Below, piece by piece: positions 13,514 to 27,010 of a DNA stretch of 64,000 nucleotides. Within the stretch, counting starts at the first letter, position 1. Each line of letters begins with the position of its first letter. The stretch is taken from contig OX597819.1 of the NCBI GenBank assembly GCA_951406725.2, positions 22,692,001 through 22,756,000 on the forward strand. Reading direction: 5' to 3'. This DNA is from Octopus vulgaris (Eukaryota). The notes under the pieces were generated by a model that did no database searches, was not told the origin of the DNA, and saw nothing but the letters and a program-made list of their open reading frames with translations. The position numbers and the translations under genes are program-made.

Positions 13514-14620
13514 TGTTACGCCGCCACTCAGGCCGAAGGCCTTCCGATTCCACCACGGGGCCTAAGTCGCGACGATGACGCTCAGTAAACCGGAAATCCT
13601 CCACGGCAAGGAGGGAAGGCGGCGAACGCAGCCAGGAACCAACACAACAATAAAAGAAAGGAGACATACAGCGGAAGTTGCGTAATTCAGCAATTTTCTT
13701 TTTAACAAAACCAAGGCATTCCAAAACAAAGGTTGACAAATCATGTACAGAGTTCGAAGAACAAATCATTTGCATTTAAACATAATACAGATTTCGAAAA
13801 ACAAATCATTTAACATTTGACACAATGCAGTTCGATTATTCAAGACAAATCATTTTACATTTAACACAAGGTTCACAATCAACAGTCTCTTAGAGCTCCA
13901 CTTTCCTCTTTTTTTTTAACACGACAGTTCTCAAAAAGTTCCTTCTGCTTTTCTTTTAAAAACATTTCCAAGTTCTTTTTTTCTTCCTTTTCTTTTCTTT
14001 TAAAAACAGTCAACAACACGCTCTTTTATCTTTTCAACGGTTACGCCAGAGCCTCTCTCTTTTTTTCATTTCAACAACACATCGTCGCTTCTTTTTTTTT
14101 TCGAAGAACATTTACATTTAAAAATTTAGAATTCAAAACATGCAGAAAAACATTACCAGAACATTTGTTTCTTAAATTCGCGTCCGCAACAATTTTAACT
14201 TCACAAACTCCCACTACAACAACTTGTCTGGCCGCTCGTTGTCATCTTTCCCACTGCCCCGCCATCTCCAACTACACCTGTATGTCTCTGGCCGTCATCA
14301 TCTCTAACTCACTCCCTGGTCCCGGTCTCCGCTCACACTGACCGTCTGTCTTTCTCTCAGTGACTGACTCTCGCCAACCGAACGCTTTAACTTAATGCTA
14401 TCCGTATATATAACGTCGTCCCAGTATTTTTATTCTTTTTAACTTTCCGTTACCGTGTGGGGTCATAGAACAGTTTCAAGGCCATTAATAATCGTGCTCT
14501 TTGACAGGACAAAGGAAATACTATTGTCCTAAACAACTGGAGCGCCGGTTCAATTCCAACTAATGGAACAAAGGGCATAATGTTTTTTTGTTCGTTTACA
14601 TTTTCCTTGCGTCTGTAACA
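13514..14620. mobile_element. Probable solo LTR (~1.1 kb) inserted in (TA)n
   Basis: Termini TGTTAC...GTAACA with ATAT on both sides (consistent with a 4-bp TSD, though inside a TA tract); non-coding. Confidence 0.65.
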
Positions 14621-14686
<66 letters not shown>

Positions 14687-14687
<1 letters not shown>

Positions 14688-15395
14688 TAAATATCAGGGT
14701 AAGAAAATATTAAAAAAATTTTTTTACTACCAGTAGTCTAGCATGTAGAAAAATTAGTCATATAAATACAGTGTACATTTAAATACATAAGAGGTAACCA
14801 TCATAGGATACCTAGCACGCTAGAAGGAATGGCCAAAATCCAAACCACTCTTAGGGATAAATTTCGAATGGAATGAAAATAAAATCATTTACCATCTATC
14901 TGCTGGACCATGGTTTCTAGCACTATATTAGCAAATAAAATAATTTGATAGGCGGAGCATTCATCAACGGGTACGCCAAGATTAAACATAAAAATACGAG
15001 GCAATCTAGCATTTGCCCCGTGCTTATAAATCATAATTTTTCAAACCAACCGCGCAAGCGAATTTTTTATCAGCAGCAAATAAATAATGCCGGCGTTTCT
15101 TCGAAAAATTTCCAAAAATTATCAATTATTACTAAATATCACGGTGCCTCGTATTTATATGTTTAATATAAATGGCATACTGTTGATAAAGGCTCCGCCT
15201 AGCAAATTATCGTATTTGCTAATATAGAGCTACAAACCATGGCCCAAGAGATAGATGGTAAATGTTTTTATTTTTCTTTCCCTTCGAAATTTATCCCTAA
15301 GAGTGGTTTGGATTTTGGTTATTCCGTCTAACGTGCTAGGTATCCTATAATGGTTACTTCTTGTGTTTAAATGTACACTGTATTCATATGAATAA
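14687..15395. mobile_element. Penelope-like head-to-head element with ~245-bp imperfect inverted arms (14758-15003 / 15145-15391), in (TA)n
   Basis: Arms are reverse complements and each has a decayed HHR (14903-14970 -, 15180-15247 +) with stem III ccatgg. Relatives at 36925-37160 and 48507-48677. Confidence 0.7.
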
Positions 15396-15400
15396 TATAC

Positions 15401-15474
<74 letters not shown>

Positions 15475-15620
15475 CTATATGTATACGTATGCATGTATGT
15501 ATGTGTGTGCGAGTACATATATATATATATATAATGTATATATATGGTCGTCTCGAAGATTTTTAATATCCATTAACCATGCAAATCATTATCTATATGT
15601 TGTGTTTTTATTGTTTGCAG

Positions 15621-15743
15621 ATTGTACTGGATGTTTCTACGATGGACATTGTTTTTGTTCAAATCAGGTTGGAATGTATATGGGACAGCGTTCTTGTCAA
15701 ATGTTGGAATGCAAAAAGCATCAACTTACAGTTCATGACATAT
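15621..15743 (+). CDS. Second coding exon, 6 Cys: (N)CTGCFYDGHCFCSNQVGMYMGQRSCQMLECKKHQLTVHDI
   Basis: tttttattgtttgcag| acceptor, |gtaagt donor, 123 nt, phase 1-1, open frame. Confidence 0.85.
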
Positions 15744-17776
15744 GTAAGTAAAAACTAAAATGTTTGTCTCCGGGTATTTCATATATGTTCCATTTTCTCA
15801 GAATTTCCTTGTCTATATAATTGCTTAAATGCTGATACGTTATTGTGATTTCGGTAACAGCTACAGCTTTCGCTCAGCTTGTATCTTCTGCTTGAAATGG
15901 TCGTCATTTTTTTGTTACTTTTTTAAAAATAAAAGTGCCAGGCACTTAACGACAGCAGTAAGTGAATAAATCTATCACGAATGAGAAAGATAACAAAGAA
16001 GAATTTGAGAGGAATGTCAATAAGGACAGAAAAAGTTATTCAAATATACATTAGAGTGATTGTTTAGATAGATGGGAAATTAATTAGACATTTTAAATCG
16101 TCAGAATGTTCAAGGAAAGTAAAGTATATTTATTCGTATGTATGACATTGAATGACGGTAAAATGTGTGGCACTGAGTGGCGGTAAATTTGAGTTGGATT
16201 ATAGTTTTATGGCAAATAGTATGCTCCATTAATAGATCGATTAATAAATGTAAAATCACATGTTAATGACATCAGAAAAAGTATAGAACATGCTATTAAA
16301 TGTTTTCTCTGATAATTACCTCCCTGTTTTCCGCCAATCAATAGCATATCGATCCACGACAAACTCCACCTCGTGCGATATATCAAAGACAGGGTGGGTA
16401 AAAAAGCTGGCATGAGTGGAGCCTTGATAAATTTGGAGCAATGAAAAGCCATCCTTCAGTAAGATTGACCACGAATTCTTGCAGCCATTCTCACGGCGGC
16501 TGGTTTCTGTCTTGTTTCCGTGGCTGGATCGCTGCGGTGTACAGCGACATCTGCTCGGTAGTTCGAAAAAATGGTTAACTATCGGAGCCATTCAGTATCA
16601 GGCGCTGCTCTGAAAGGTCTGGTAGCAGTAGTAAATGTTTGAATTGCCTCTGTCAATATTAATATTTCACCGGCGTGCGTTGTCCCAGTTTACGTCTAAT
16701 CACACTGGAACACTTATTCTTCCGCTTTCTGTGGACGGGGCGCGTCCCACGCTCAAATGCTCCATTTGGTATGAACACTCACAGAGGCCATGCTGTAGCC
16801 TCTAGCGCTTCTTTACGGTAAGCAGGTGTGGTCGTTGTTTCGTAGACCGGATTTTCCACAGCATGTCTCTTTGCTTAGTTCCAGTACACCAAGGCGAGAT
16901 GTCTGTCGTCAGGTGCTCACAGTCGGGCAAAGCGGTTGGTGAAGGTTCGACTCTAGCATTTTTACAAAGTTAATTGCAGACTGATGCGAAGACTTTCTCG
17001 GAGAGACTCTGGGCGTCGACGAGAATGAACTGGCTGGTTTATTCTGGAGGACTTTCGGACCGGGACCTATGGATGATTTCGAGCAATGCTTGGCCTCGCA
17101 TAGCTATCAGGAAGCATTGTTGGTTTGAGATAAATTCAACAGGCATGGAAGTGCTGTCAGCCGGGCTTCCCCGTGATGCTTCCAGAGCGACGAAACTATT
17201 CTGCACGCTCTTGTCTGCTATCCGAGCATTGCTAACTTTTGGGTTTACGATAATTACACGTTGTCACTCAGTCGATAGCCGATCCGGCTATCGGCTGAGT
17301 CCATTATGAAGATCGTCCTATAGCCGTCTTTTGGCCGGAAAGGCAGGCAAGGATTGTTTGTTTGGTGACCTTAACAAAAGGAGTTGTGTGGTGGACCAGA
17401 TTAAAAGAGGTGAAGAGGAAAATGAGAGTAGAGGGGTAAGTTCTGCTCACCAGTAATTTTATCGATAGGTGGTGTGTGCCTAGAATGGTCAGCGTGAATT
17501 GGCCTACTCTAATCATGCACCTGTGACATGAAGGAGGACAATGTGGAGAGGGTACTTGTCCTCTCCACGTGAAGAGGGTGACGTAGTTTTGTAATATCTC
17601 CATAATTAGTACTAGGAAGTAACCCTCTTATGGAGAATTATTCATTGTGATAGTTTCATATTGTTAGAGTTTTATACATTTTGGGACTCCGTATTGTATT
17701 GTCCTCTTACGTACCCAATGTTTTTTTGTGAAGTCTAAATGGTTAATAAAGAATATATTATCATTGCTGTTTTTGC

Positions 17777-18138
<362 letters not shown>

Positions 18139-18139
18139 T

Positions 18140-20968
18140 GTAGTTTTATTTTTATAGCGTGCTTTCACTTCACTACCGAGCGCAGCTCTGTGTGCCTTGG
18201 GTATGTGCTGTGATTTGTTGTGATGCTCTGATGGTTATTGTATGGAAAGTGTTCTGCGTAGGATGTGTGCAGTGCCTAGTAGTGCAATTTTCTGTATGTT
18301 ATATGTGTTTGTAAGTCCTGGTGTTTTTGTTATGTATTTGTCTGAATATTTTTTTATCATGCCTAATGCACATACTATGATAGGAATTGTTTCTGTTTTC
18401 AGATTCCACATTCTGGTTACCTCTATTTCCAGGTCTTTGTATTTTGAGAGTTTCTCCATTTCTTTTAGAGACACGTTGTCATCTGCCGGTATTGATACAT
18501 CAATTAGAAAGCATTTTTTTCTTCATGATCTCTGACAACTATATCTGGCCTGTTGGCCTTAATTTCTCTATCTGTGTGTATCGGCATATCCCAGAGTATG
18601 GTTGCTCTCTCGTTTTCTGTGACCTTTTCTGGTGTGTGCCTATACCATCTTTTTCTGTTGTTATTCCATAATGTTGGCATAGCTTCCAATGTATGCAGGT
18701 TCCAACTCTGTCATGTCTGTGAATATATTCCTTCTTAGCCAGGACTGGGCAGCTAGAGATAATATGATTTATTGTTTCTTGTCCATCTCCACATATTCTG
18801 CAGTTACTTGTTATATTTCTTTTCATTACATGTTTTTGGTAATTTCTGGTGGGGAGGCTTTGGTCTTGTGCTGCAATTAAAAATCCCTCTGTTTCTACTT
18901 TGAGTCCTGAGTTTCTCAACCATAGCTGGGATTTTTCTTTGTCTATTTCGTTTGCGTTTAGTTTAGTCCAGTATTTACCATGAAGGGGCTTTTCTTGCCA
19001 CCGTTTTATCATGGTTCGTTGCTGTTCTATTTTCAGTTTGGATTTCATTTGTTTTATAGCTTTTGTTGTTTCTTCTTCTTCTTCTTCTTCTTCTTCTTCT
19101 TCTTCTTCTTCTTCTTCTTCTTCTTCTTCTTCTTCTTCTTCTTCTTCTTCTTCTTCTTCTTCATATTTATTAGCTGGTATGATTTCTTGTTTGTATTTGT
19201 CAGCTTCCTTAAATACTGAGAACAGTTTTTTGTTTTGCTCGTGTTTTGCCGCTATTTGTATCAGTTTTCCTTCCTTCTGAAGTAGATATTTTTGCTGTCC
19301 TATGGTGGTTATTTTATAGTAGTTTTCCAGTTGTATAAGGCCTCTACCACCTTCTATACATTGCATATATAGTCTTTCTATGTCAGATTTTGGGTGATGC
19401 ATCCTAGATCCTGTCATTAATTTTCTTGTTTTCCTATCTATTTTGGTCAGTTCATTTCGTGTCCTGTTAAGGATATTGTAGCTGTAACTTATAACTGGGA
19501 CAGCTAAAGTGTTAATACCTATTATCTTGTTTTTAGCATTGAGCTCTGTTTTTAGTATTGATCTAACTCGTCTATAATATTCTTTTCTTATTTTCTCTTT
19601 CATTTGTGTGTGTTGTGTCTTATCTAGTTCATGGATTCCTAAGTATTTGTAAGTTTGGCTTTGGTCTAATTCTTTTATTTCATTGGTTTTATCTAGTGTG
19701 ATGTTGCTACTCTTAACTAGTTTTCCTCTTTTCATGGTTACTTTGGCGCATTTTTTCTAATCCAAATTTCATATCTATTTCTTTGGTAAATCCATGAACT
19801 GTCTTTAATAGTGTTTCCAGCTGTTTGTCATTTGCTGCGTATAGTTTTAGGCCATCCATATATAAAAGGTGGCTGATCGTTTTGCCGTAACATTTATATC
19901 CGCATCCAGTTCTATTTAGCATATCAGATAGAGGTGACAGTGCCACGCAGAAAAGGAGTGGAGAGAGCGTGTCTCCCTGGAATATTCCTCTTCTAATGGG
20001 GATGTCTTTGGTTTTCATGAGTCTCTCTTTTGTTTGGAGGTGTATGACTGTTTGTCATTTATTCATAGAGTGCTCTATGAATTTTATGGTTGTTGGTGCT
20101 ACTTTGTTAATGGCTAGTGTTTCGAGGATTCATGTGTGGGGGATGCTATCAAACGCCTTTTTGTACTCAATCCAGGCCATACTGAGGCCTTTCTTCTTTC
20201 TGTGGCTGTCTTCAGTTATGGCTTTATTAATCATTAGTTGATCTTTACAGCCATATGAACCTTTGCGGTATCCTTTCTGCTCTTCTGGGAACAGTTTGTT
20301 TTCGTCCACGTGCTTGTTCAACCTTTGCGATATCACTGCAGTAAATGCCTTGAACATTGTAGGGAGGCAGGTTATTGGTCTGTAGTTTTCTGGTTTTGCT
20401 GTCTCATTTGATTTGGGAATTAAGATGGTTTTTCCCCTTCGTGATCCGTTCAGGCATTGTCTCTGGCTCTGCAAGTATGTTGTTAAAGTTTTCAGCCAGC
20501 TTTTTGTGCATTCCTGTTAGATATTTCAACCAGAAGTTGGGGATCTTGTCATGCCCAGGTGCCTTCCAGTTGCTTAGTCTTTGCAGTGCCTGGGTGACCT
20601 CTTCAGTTGTTATGGGGGTCCAAAGTTGTTCAGATGCCGAGTTTGTTATTTTGATACTCCTTTTTTTTTGGTTGTTCGTTCGCCGACCATATTTCTCTCC
20701 AGAAATCTTCCAATTCTTCTGCCGTTGGTGCTGCAGTGATTTCTATTTTATTTTTGCCAAGTTCTTGGTAGAACTTTTGGGGTTGGAGTTGAACTTTTTG
20801 TTTTGTTCAAAGAAGCGCTGCCGTTTCTCGTACCGGCGGATCCTTTGTGCTTTGGCAAGGATATCTTGCTTCAGCTTTTCTTTTATCTCAGGTAAATCTT
20901 TTTCTGTGATGTATTTGCGGAGTATTTTTGTTTTCTTTTTGTTGCTCAGTAGCGTTGATTGTTTGCTG
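18140..20968 (-). mobile_element. R4/Dong-clade non-LTR retrotransposon, 5'-truncated and frameshifted (RT + CCHC + restriction-like endonuclease)
   Basis: PENYRPITCL, EEQKG, KKAFDSIPH, GIFQGDTLSPLLF, LLYMDGLKLY (YMDD decayed), CRIC..ETINHIISSC, RHDRV, NRPDIVV, KEMEKLSKY; (TTA)n on both sides. Confidence 0.95.
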
Positions 20969-21027
<59 letters not shown>

Positions 21028-21039
21028 CATCATTATTAT

Positions 21040-21500
21040 TGAGTGAGAGAGCAGTGCATGGCATCAAAGTGACACTGGGGTAAAACATACAAAGCCCAGT
21101 ATATCCATCATGACTATCCGTCAGATAACAGTACACCCGGCACATGAATCACAACAATATGTGCGTGATATGGTAATCTCATGTCAAGATAAGCAACGCT
21201 TGGCCTTGCAGGTGGGGCTCAGTTAGAATTTTCTTCAGGTGGAGTAGCCCATCCCACTCAAATGTTCCCTGAATAAGGTTTTTTTAAGGATAATGAACGA
21301 AACACCCATGTTTCCAGAGGTGAATTATTCAAACCCCAAAGAATTCCTCTTAACACGTGGCTATGATGCTCTCCCACTACTTCTGCTCGTGATCAGAGAT
21401 GCACATATCGTCATCCAACATGGGACATGTTCAATTAGTTATGGTCAAACAACTGACATGCAAATAAGTGGTATTGTGTAGAATATTTGCTGTAGCCCAT
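21040..21500 (-). mobile_element. Non-coding (TAA)n-embedded repeat, probably a 3' UTR or non-autonomous partner of the Dong-like LINEs (pieces also at 9300-9510 and 10700-10785)
   Basis: Minus strand ends ..CTGCTCTCTCACTC(AAT)n; the same sequence recurs at 10741-10785 and 9345-9500. Confidence 0.6.
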
Positions 21501-21540
21501 TATCATTATCATCATCGTCCTCATCATCATCATCATCATA

Positions 21541-21612
<72 letters not shown>

Positions 21613-21630
21613 ATTGTTGTTGTTGTTGTA

Positions 21631-21845
21631 AAGGCAGTGAGCTGGCAGAATCGTTAGCACACCGGACGAAATGCTTAACGGTATTTCGTCTGCTGCTACG
21701 TTCTGAGTTCAAAACCACCGAGGTCGACTTTGCCTTTCATCCTTTCGGGGTTGATAAATTAAGTACCAGTGAAAAACTTGGGGCGATATAATCGACAAGT
21801 CACCTTCCCCTAAATTTGAGGATTGTGCCTCCAGTTGAAAGGATT
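21631..21845 (+). mobile_element. SINE family C (copies at 2968-3052, 4950-5090, 49300-49505, 49510-49720 and 59650-59910, all -)
   Basis: GGC.G.GAGCTGGCAGAATCGTTAG head, GAGTTCAAA B-box, central GTCGACTTTGCCTTTCATCCTTTCGGGG.CGATAAATTAAGTACCAG. Confidence 0.8.
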
Positions 21846-22064
21846 ATTGTTTCGTGATATTTCTTTTGTCTTAATATTCTTAGTTCAAATTCTGCGAATT
21901 TGACTTTGGTTTTCCTGTTTTCCGGGTCATTGAAATCAAGTAATCCCCTCCTACAAACTTCCAGGCTTTGTGGCTCGCGCAGAATGAATTATTGCTATTA
22001 TTCCAGCTGCTAACTGGCGGCATCATTAAACCGTCGGTTAAAATGTTTCAGATTTGACGTTCAT

Positions 22065-22330
22065 CTTTCAGTGACTAAACACATTTAGAAATAGAAACAA
22101 ATTAACCAGCGCCAGTGTAAGCAAATTAATATGGGAGTTAAAAGACAAAAGTAAAGAATACAACTTAAAGTGGGAAATAATCAATCTTACAAAATCCTAT
22201 AAAATTGAGGATAATTGCTGTAATTCATGTATTGACGAAATCTTCCAGATATTAACTTCTAAGCAGATTTCTCAACAATAAACGAGAAAAGTTCACCCTG
22301 CACACATTCAAGTTGATATGTAATTGAAAA
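22065..22330 (+). mobile_element. Penelope-like GIY-YIG endonuclease C-terminal remnant
   Basis: LNTFRNRNKLTSASVSKLIWELKDKSKEYNLKWEIINLTKSYKIEDNCCNSCIDEIFQIL matches the PLE pattern IW.LK...W.I...Y...C.LC..E. Confidence 0.7.
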
Positions 22331-23148
22331 ATACAAATAAAATAATAAAAAATTAATATAAAATATAATTTAATAAATTAATTAGGTAATAAATATAACT
22401 GGATAATATAATGCTATATATTCTTGAATATAGACCTATAATATTAGTCTAATAATAAAATCGTTGCAACACAAATTTTGATGACGTACAACGCAAATGC
22501 TATATTTACAGTAAATTAAAATAAAATCTACTGCAATCACGTGATGCACCAAAAACAATACCGCAGAAATAATTAAATCAATTAGATAATATTAATTAAT
22601 TCTTAGCACCAACAGTTATAATATGGAAAATGATTTAATTAATTAATATAAATTATAGTATCTTTTCATGATCAAACAAATAGTAATATGAATTAACAGA
22701 AAAAATTGTATATATGTAAATATAACGATTCCGTTGTTTTCAAACATGTTAACACCCACACGCACACGAAAATTAAAAACAAAAATCATTTACACTGAAA
22801 ACGGTTTATACGAATATCGATATGTTTAGTCTGTTGAGGAACACGTAATCAATTAAGATGTAATTTCCTTCTTGTCAATTTTTCAACTTGAAGAAATATT
22901 TTATAAATCATAATCTGAATGACAGTAGATATGGAAACAATTGTAGGCAAGTTAAATTGACTATGTGTTAATAAATTGATGATTACCTGTTAAAACTCTC
23001 CAGTTTCTTCTTTATCATATACTGTATATATATATATATATATATATACAATTAAGGGCCCCTAAATTAGGATGCCGAGTGCTGGAAACACAAAAAGGGG
23101 ATGAATTTATCGAGAGTGAAAATCAAAAACGTTTACCGATAACTTTAA

Positions 23149-23228
23149 CAACTCGAACCGATCAGTTTCTGCTTCTTTCTAGCAAAACACAAAATATGTT
23201 TGCTAAGGCTGGCTTCATCAGCGAGTCG
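23149..23228 (-). ncRNA. Type I hammerhead ribozyme motif (canonical core) in a (TA)n-flanked PLE-like element (~23050-23385)
   Basis: Minus strand: CGACTCG-CTGATGA-[long stem II containing tagcaaa/tttgcta]-a-GAAA-ctgatcgg-TT-CGAGTTG. Confidence 0.75.
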
Positions 23229-23383
23229 CCTAAATTGAATCGAGGTCTGCAGCGATGTGGGAGCATGTGTTGATCTCGACTACTAGCAGATCTTAACTTT
23301 TCAAATCTCTGCGCAGACGCAAAACTTACACGGCAGTACAGGGCATGCCGGGAAGAATTTTAAAATTCTTCTTGTTTATATTC

Positions 23384-23456
<73 letters not shown>

Positions 23457-23480
23457 TATATATGTATGTATGTAAGTATG

Positions 23481-23524
<44 letters not shown>

Positions 23525-23584
23525 AATACAGATACATGCACATACATACATACTTACATACATAAATGTTTGTGTGTGTATACT

Positions 23585-23810
23585 CTTTTACTCTTTTACT
23601 CTTTTACTTGTTTCAGTCATTTGACTGCGGCCATGCTGGAGCACCGCCTTTAATCGAGCAACTCAACCCCGGGACTTATTCTTTTGTAAGCCCAGTACTT
23701 ATTCTACCGGTCTCTTTTGCCGAACCGCTAAGTAACGGGGACATAAACACACCAGCATCGGTTGCCAAGCAATGCTATGGGGACAAACACACTCACACAA
23801 ACACACACAC

Positions 23811-23853
<43 letters not shown>

Positions 23854-24017
23854 TACGACGGGCTTCTTTCAGTTTCCGTCTACCAAATCCACTCACAAGG
23901 CTTTGGTCGGCCCGAGGCTATAGTAGAAGACACTTGCCCAAAGTGCCACGCAGTGGGACTGAACCCGGAACCATGTGGTTGGTAAACAAGCTACTTACCA
24001 CACAGCCACTCCTGCCA
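23585..24017 (-). mobile_element. Full-length SINE family A
   Basis: Reverse complement of 3646-4097. Confidence 0.85.
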
Positions 24018-24168
24018 CCAATACATATATATATTGGTGTGGAGAAAACAAGAGAATGAGAGAAAGTGAGATGCACAGGAAAAGGAACTGTGAAATCGTG
24101 CGAGGTATGCTTTGATACATATAACAAAGCATGAAATTAACTCCAACGAATTTCCTACACATTTTCAG

Positions 24169-24300
24169 TTTGCAGAGATCATTCAGAACATTGCATGCAA
24201 AATGGTCAACGATGGCCAAGTGTCTACAAGAATATATGTGTAACACACTATTGTGAAACTAATCGATTACGAACAACACTAAGCACGCGTCATGATTCAA
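24169..24300 (+). CDS. Third coding exon, copy A: (F)CRDHSEHCMQNGQRWPSVYKNICVTHYCETNRLRTTLSTRHDS
   Basis: attttcag| acceptor, |gtatgt donor, 132 nt, phase 1-1, open; paralog at 37433. Confidence 0.85.
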
Positions 24301-24421
24301 GTATGTATTTATTTTTAATTTGTCTAAATTTATAATCACCATCGCCCCACAAACCGAAGCTACAGATGCGCAAACACACATTCACATTGCCTACTATTTC
24401 ACCCGTTAATTTACAAAAACG

Positions 24422-24452
<31 letters not shown>

Positions 24453-25079
24453 TACGCACGCACGTTTCTGTTGCATCAACGCATTTAGATAGAGAGAATA
24501 TCTTTAGCGTCGCATATATTTAGTGCCAAATACATCTAGTTGCTGAAGGATAATCCGATACCAGACTTGGATGAAGGTGAGATTTATCAGCAATACTGAG
24601 CTCCATGTCGCAGATCACGTGCAAAAGAACAGAGTCTGGTTGATGAAGGTGTTACCGTATTCAAAGATTGACCAACTCAGAACCCTGACTTAAATATCAT
24701 CGAGAAAATGTGGACAGAACAAAAGGGAAGAGTTCGTCAGAAAAATCCATGCAATCTAGAAGAAATGTGGGAGCTCAGGCACAGAGAATGGCGCCTCATA
24801 CCTGTGAAGATGGTGAAGGATTTGTACACAACTCTGCGCAGACGCAAGCCATTACTTACACGGCAGTACAGGGCATGCCGGGAAATATTAACAATGTAAA
24901 CTTCTTGTTTATATTCGTATATATATATAGTTATATATATTTTCATTGAAGATATATATATATATATATATATATACTGCATATTAGTAGAAATATATAC
25001 AATAGTATAAAGTGGCTGAAGACGTTTTCACGGTACTGTGATAGATGGGTAAAATGGAATATACGAGAAACTTTATTGT

Positions 25080-25183
25080 TCACAACAATCGTTTCGACTT
25101 ATCCTGCATTGATCTCTCATGAATGGAAAACTGTACAACCGGTTGTAGTGCATTCCTTGCTTCAGATACGTCTCGTCAGATGA
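25080..25183 (-). ncRNA. Type I hammerhead ribozyme motif (duplicate at 26559-26662)
   Basis: Minus strand: TCAT-CTGACGA-gac...gtc-GAAA-cgattg-TT-GTGA, then AATAAAG; downstream sequence homologous to the 56958 element. Confidence 0.7.
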
Positions 25184-25915
25184 TGTTATAAGGTATAACT
25201 CATTAAATAAACTGTTTCGCTCGATTTTAATGCAGCATGTTGTCAGTGACCGTAGGCTCAAGCCATTCGGCAGGAATTACGTGGAACAGATTTTGTTGCA
25301 ATTTTACAGAGGAAGACAGGGAGTAATAAAGACAAATAATAAGAAAAATAAAACACAATAAAGTAAAACATTGTGTGCGTCAGAACCCAGATATAATTAT
25401 TTCCGTACCCAAACTTGCTGTCCTGCGTACACAGACACACACACGTGTGTGTGTGTGTGTTTGTGTCGCCACAACAGTGGTTCGGAAACTTGTCGGGTAG
25501 CGTGAATTATTTCAACTACATATTGCCGATCTGGAGGCACAATGGCCCAGTGGTTAGGACAGCGGACTCGCGGTCGGCAGATCGCAGTTTCGATTCCCGG
25601 ATCGGGCGTTGTGCGTGTTTATTGAGCGAAAACACCTAAAGCTCCACGAGGCTCCGGCAGGGGTGCTGGCGACCCCTGTTGTACTCTTTCGCCCCAACTT
25701 TCTCTCACTCTTTCTTCCTGTTTCGTGAGTAACGCTGCGATGGAGTGGCATCTCGTCCAGCTGGAGGGAACACATAAGACATAGAAACCGGGAAACCGGG
25801 CCCATGAGCCTGGCTAGGCTGGAAAATAATCACCATCGCCCCACAAACCGAAGCTACAGATGCGCAAACACACATTCACATTGCCTACTATTTCACCCGT
25901 TAATTTACAAAAACG

Positions 25916-25946
<31 letters not shown>

Positions 25947-26074
25947 TACGCACGCACGTTTCTGTTGCATCAACGCATTTAGATAGAGAGAATATCTTTA
26001 GCGTCGCATATATTTAGTGCCAAATACATCTAGTTGCTGAAGGATAATCCGATACCAGACTTGGATGAAGGTGA

Positions 26075-26518
26075 GATTTATCAGCAATACTGAGCTCCAT
26101 GTCGCAGATCACGTGCAAAAGAACAGAGTCTGGTTGATGAAGGTGTTACCGTATTCAAAGATTGACCAACTCAGAACCCTGACTTAAATATCATCGAGAA
26201 AATGTGGACAGAACAAAAGGGAAGAGTTCGTCAGAAAAATCCATGCAATCTAGAAGAAATGTGGGAGCTCAGGCACAGAGAATGGCGCCTCATACCTGTG
26301 AAGATGGTGAAGGATTTGTACACAACTCTTCCCAGGCGCATCGAAGCCATTATTGAAGCTATGGGAAGTCACACGAAATATTAACAATGTAAACTAACTT
26401 CTTGAAATGAACATTAGTTACTAAATTTTCATTGAAGATATTTTTCTAGTTTAAAACACTGCAATTAGTAGAAATTTACAATAGTATAAAGTGGCTGAAG
26501 ACGTTTTCACGGTACTGT
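26075..26518 (+). mobile_element. Tc1 (DD34E) transposase 3' remnant with right terminus (partial duplicate at 24580-25040)
   Basis: NPDLNIIEKMW...LYTTLPRRIEAIIEAMGSHTKY*; ends ..TTTTCACGGTACTG. Confidence 0.8.
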
Positions 26519-26558
26519 GATAGATGGGTAAAATGGAATATACGAGAAACTTTATTGT

Positions 26559-26662
26559 TCACAACAATCGTTTCGACTTATCCTGCATTGATCTCTCATG
26601 AATGGAAAACTGTACAACCGGTTGTAGTGCATTCCTTGCTTCAGATACGTCTCGTCAGATGA
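26559..26662 (-). ncRNA. Type I hammerhead ribozyme motif (copy of 25080-25183)
   Basis: Identical motif inside the tandem duplication. Confidence 0.7.
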
Positions 26663-27010
26663 TGTTATAAGGTATAACTCATTAAATAAACTGTTTCGCT
26701 CGATTTTAATGCAGCATGTTGTCAGTGACCGTAGGCTCAAGCCATTCGGCAGGAATGACGTGGAACAGATTTTGTTGCAATTTTACAGAGGAAGACAGGG
26801 AGTAATAAAGACAAATAATAAGAAAAATAAAACACAATAAAGTAAAACATTGTGTGCGTCAGAACCCAGATATAATTATTTCCGTACCCAAACTTGCTGT
26901 CCTGCGTACACAGACACACACACGTGTGTGTGTGTGTGTTTGTGTCGCCACAACAGTGGTTCGGAAACTTGTCGGGTAGCGTGAATTATTTCAACTACAT
27001 ATTGCCGATC

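Noticed and set aside
22472-22510. HHR-like TTGATGA-cgt aca acg-CAAA downstream of the GIY-YIG remnant
   Set aside because: Position is plausible, but two core mismatches and weak stems; not counted
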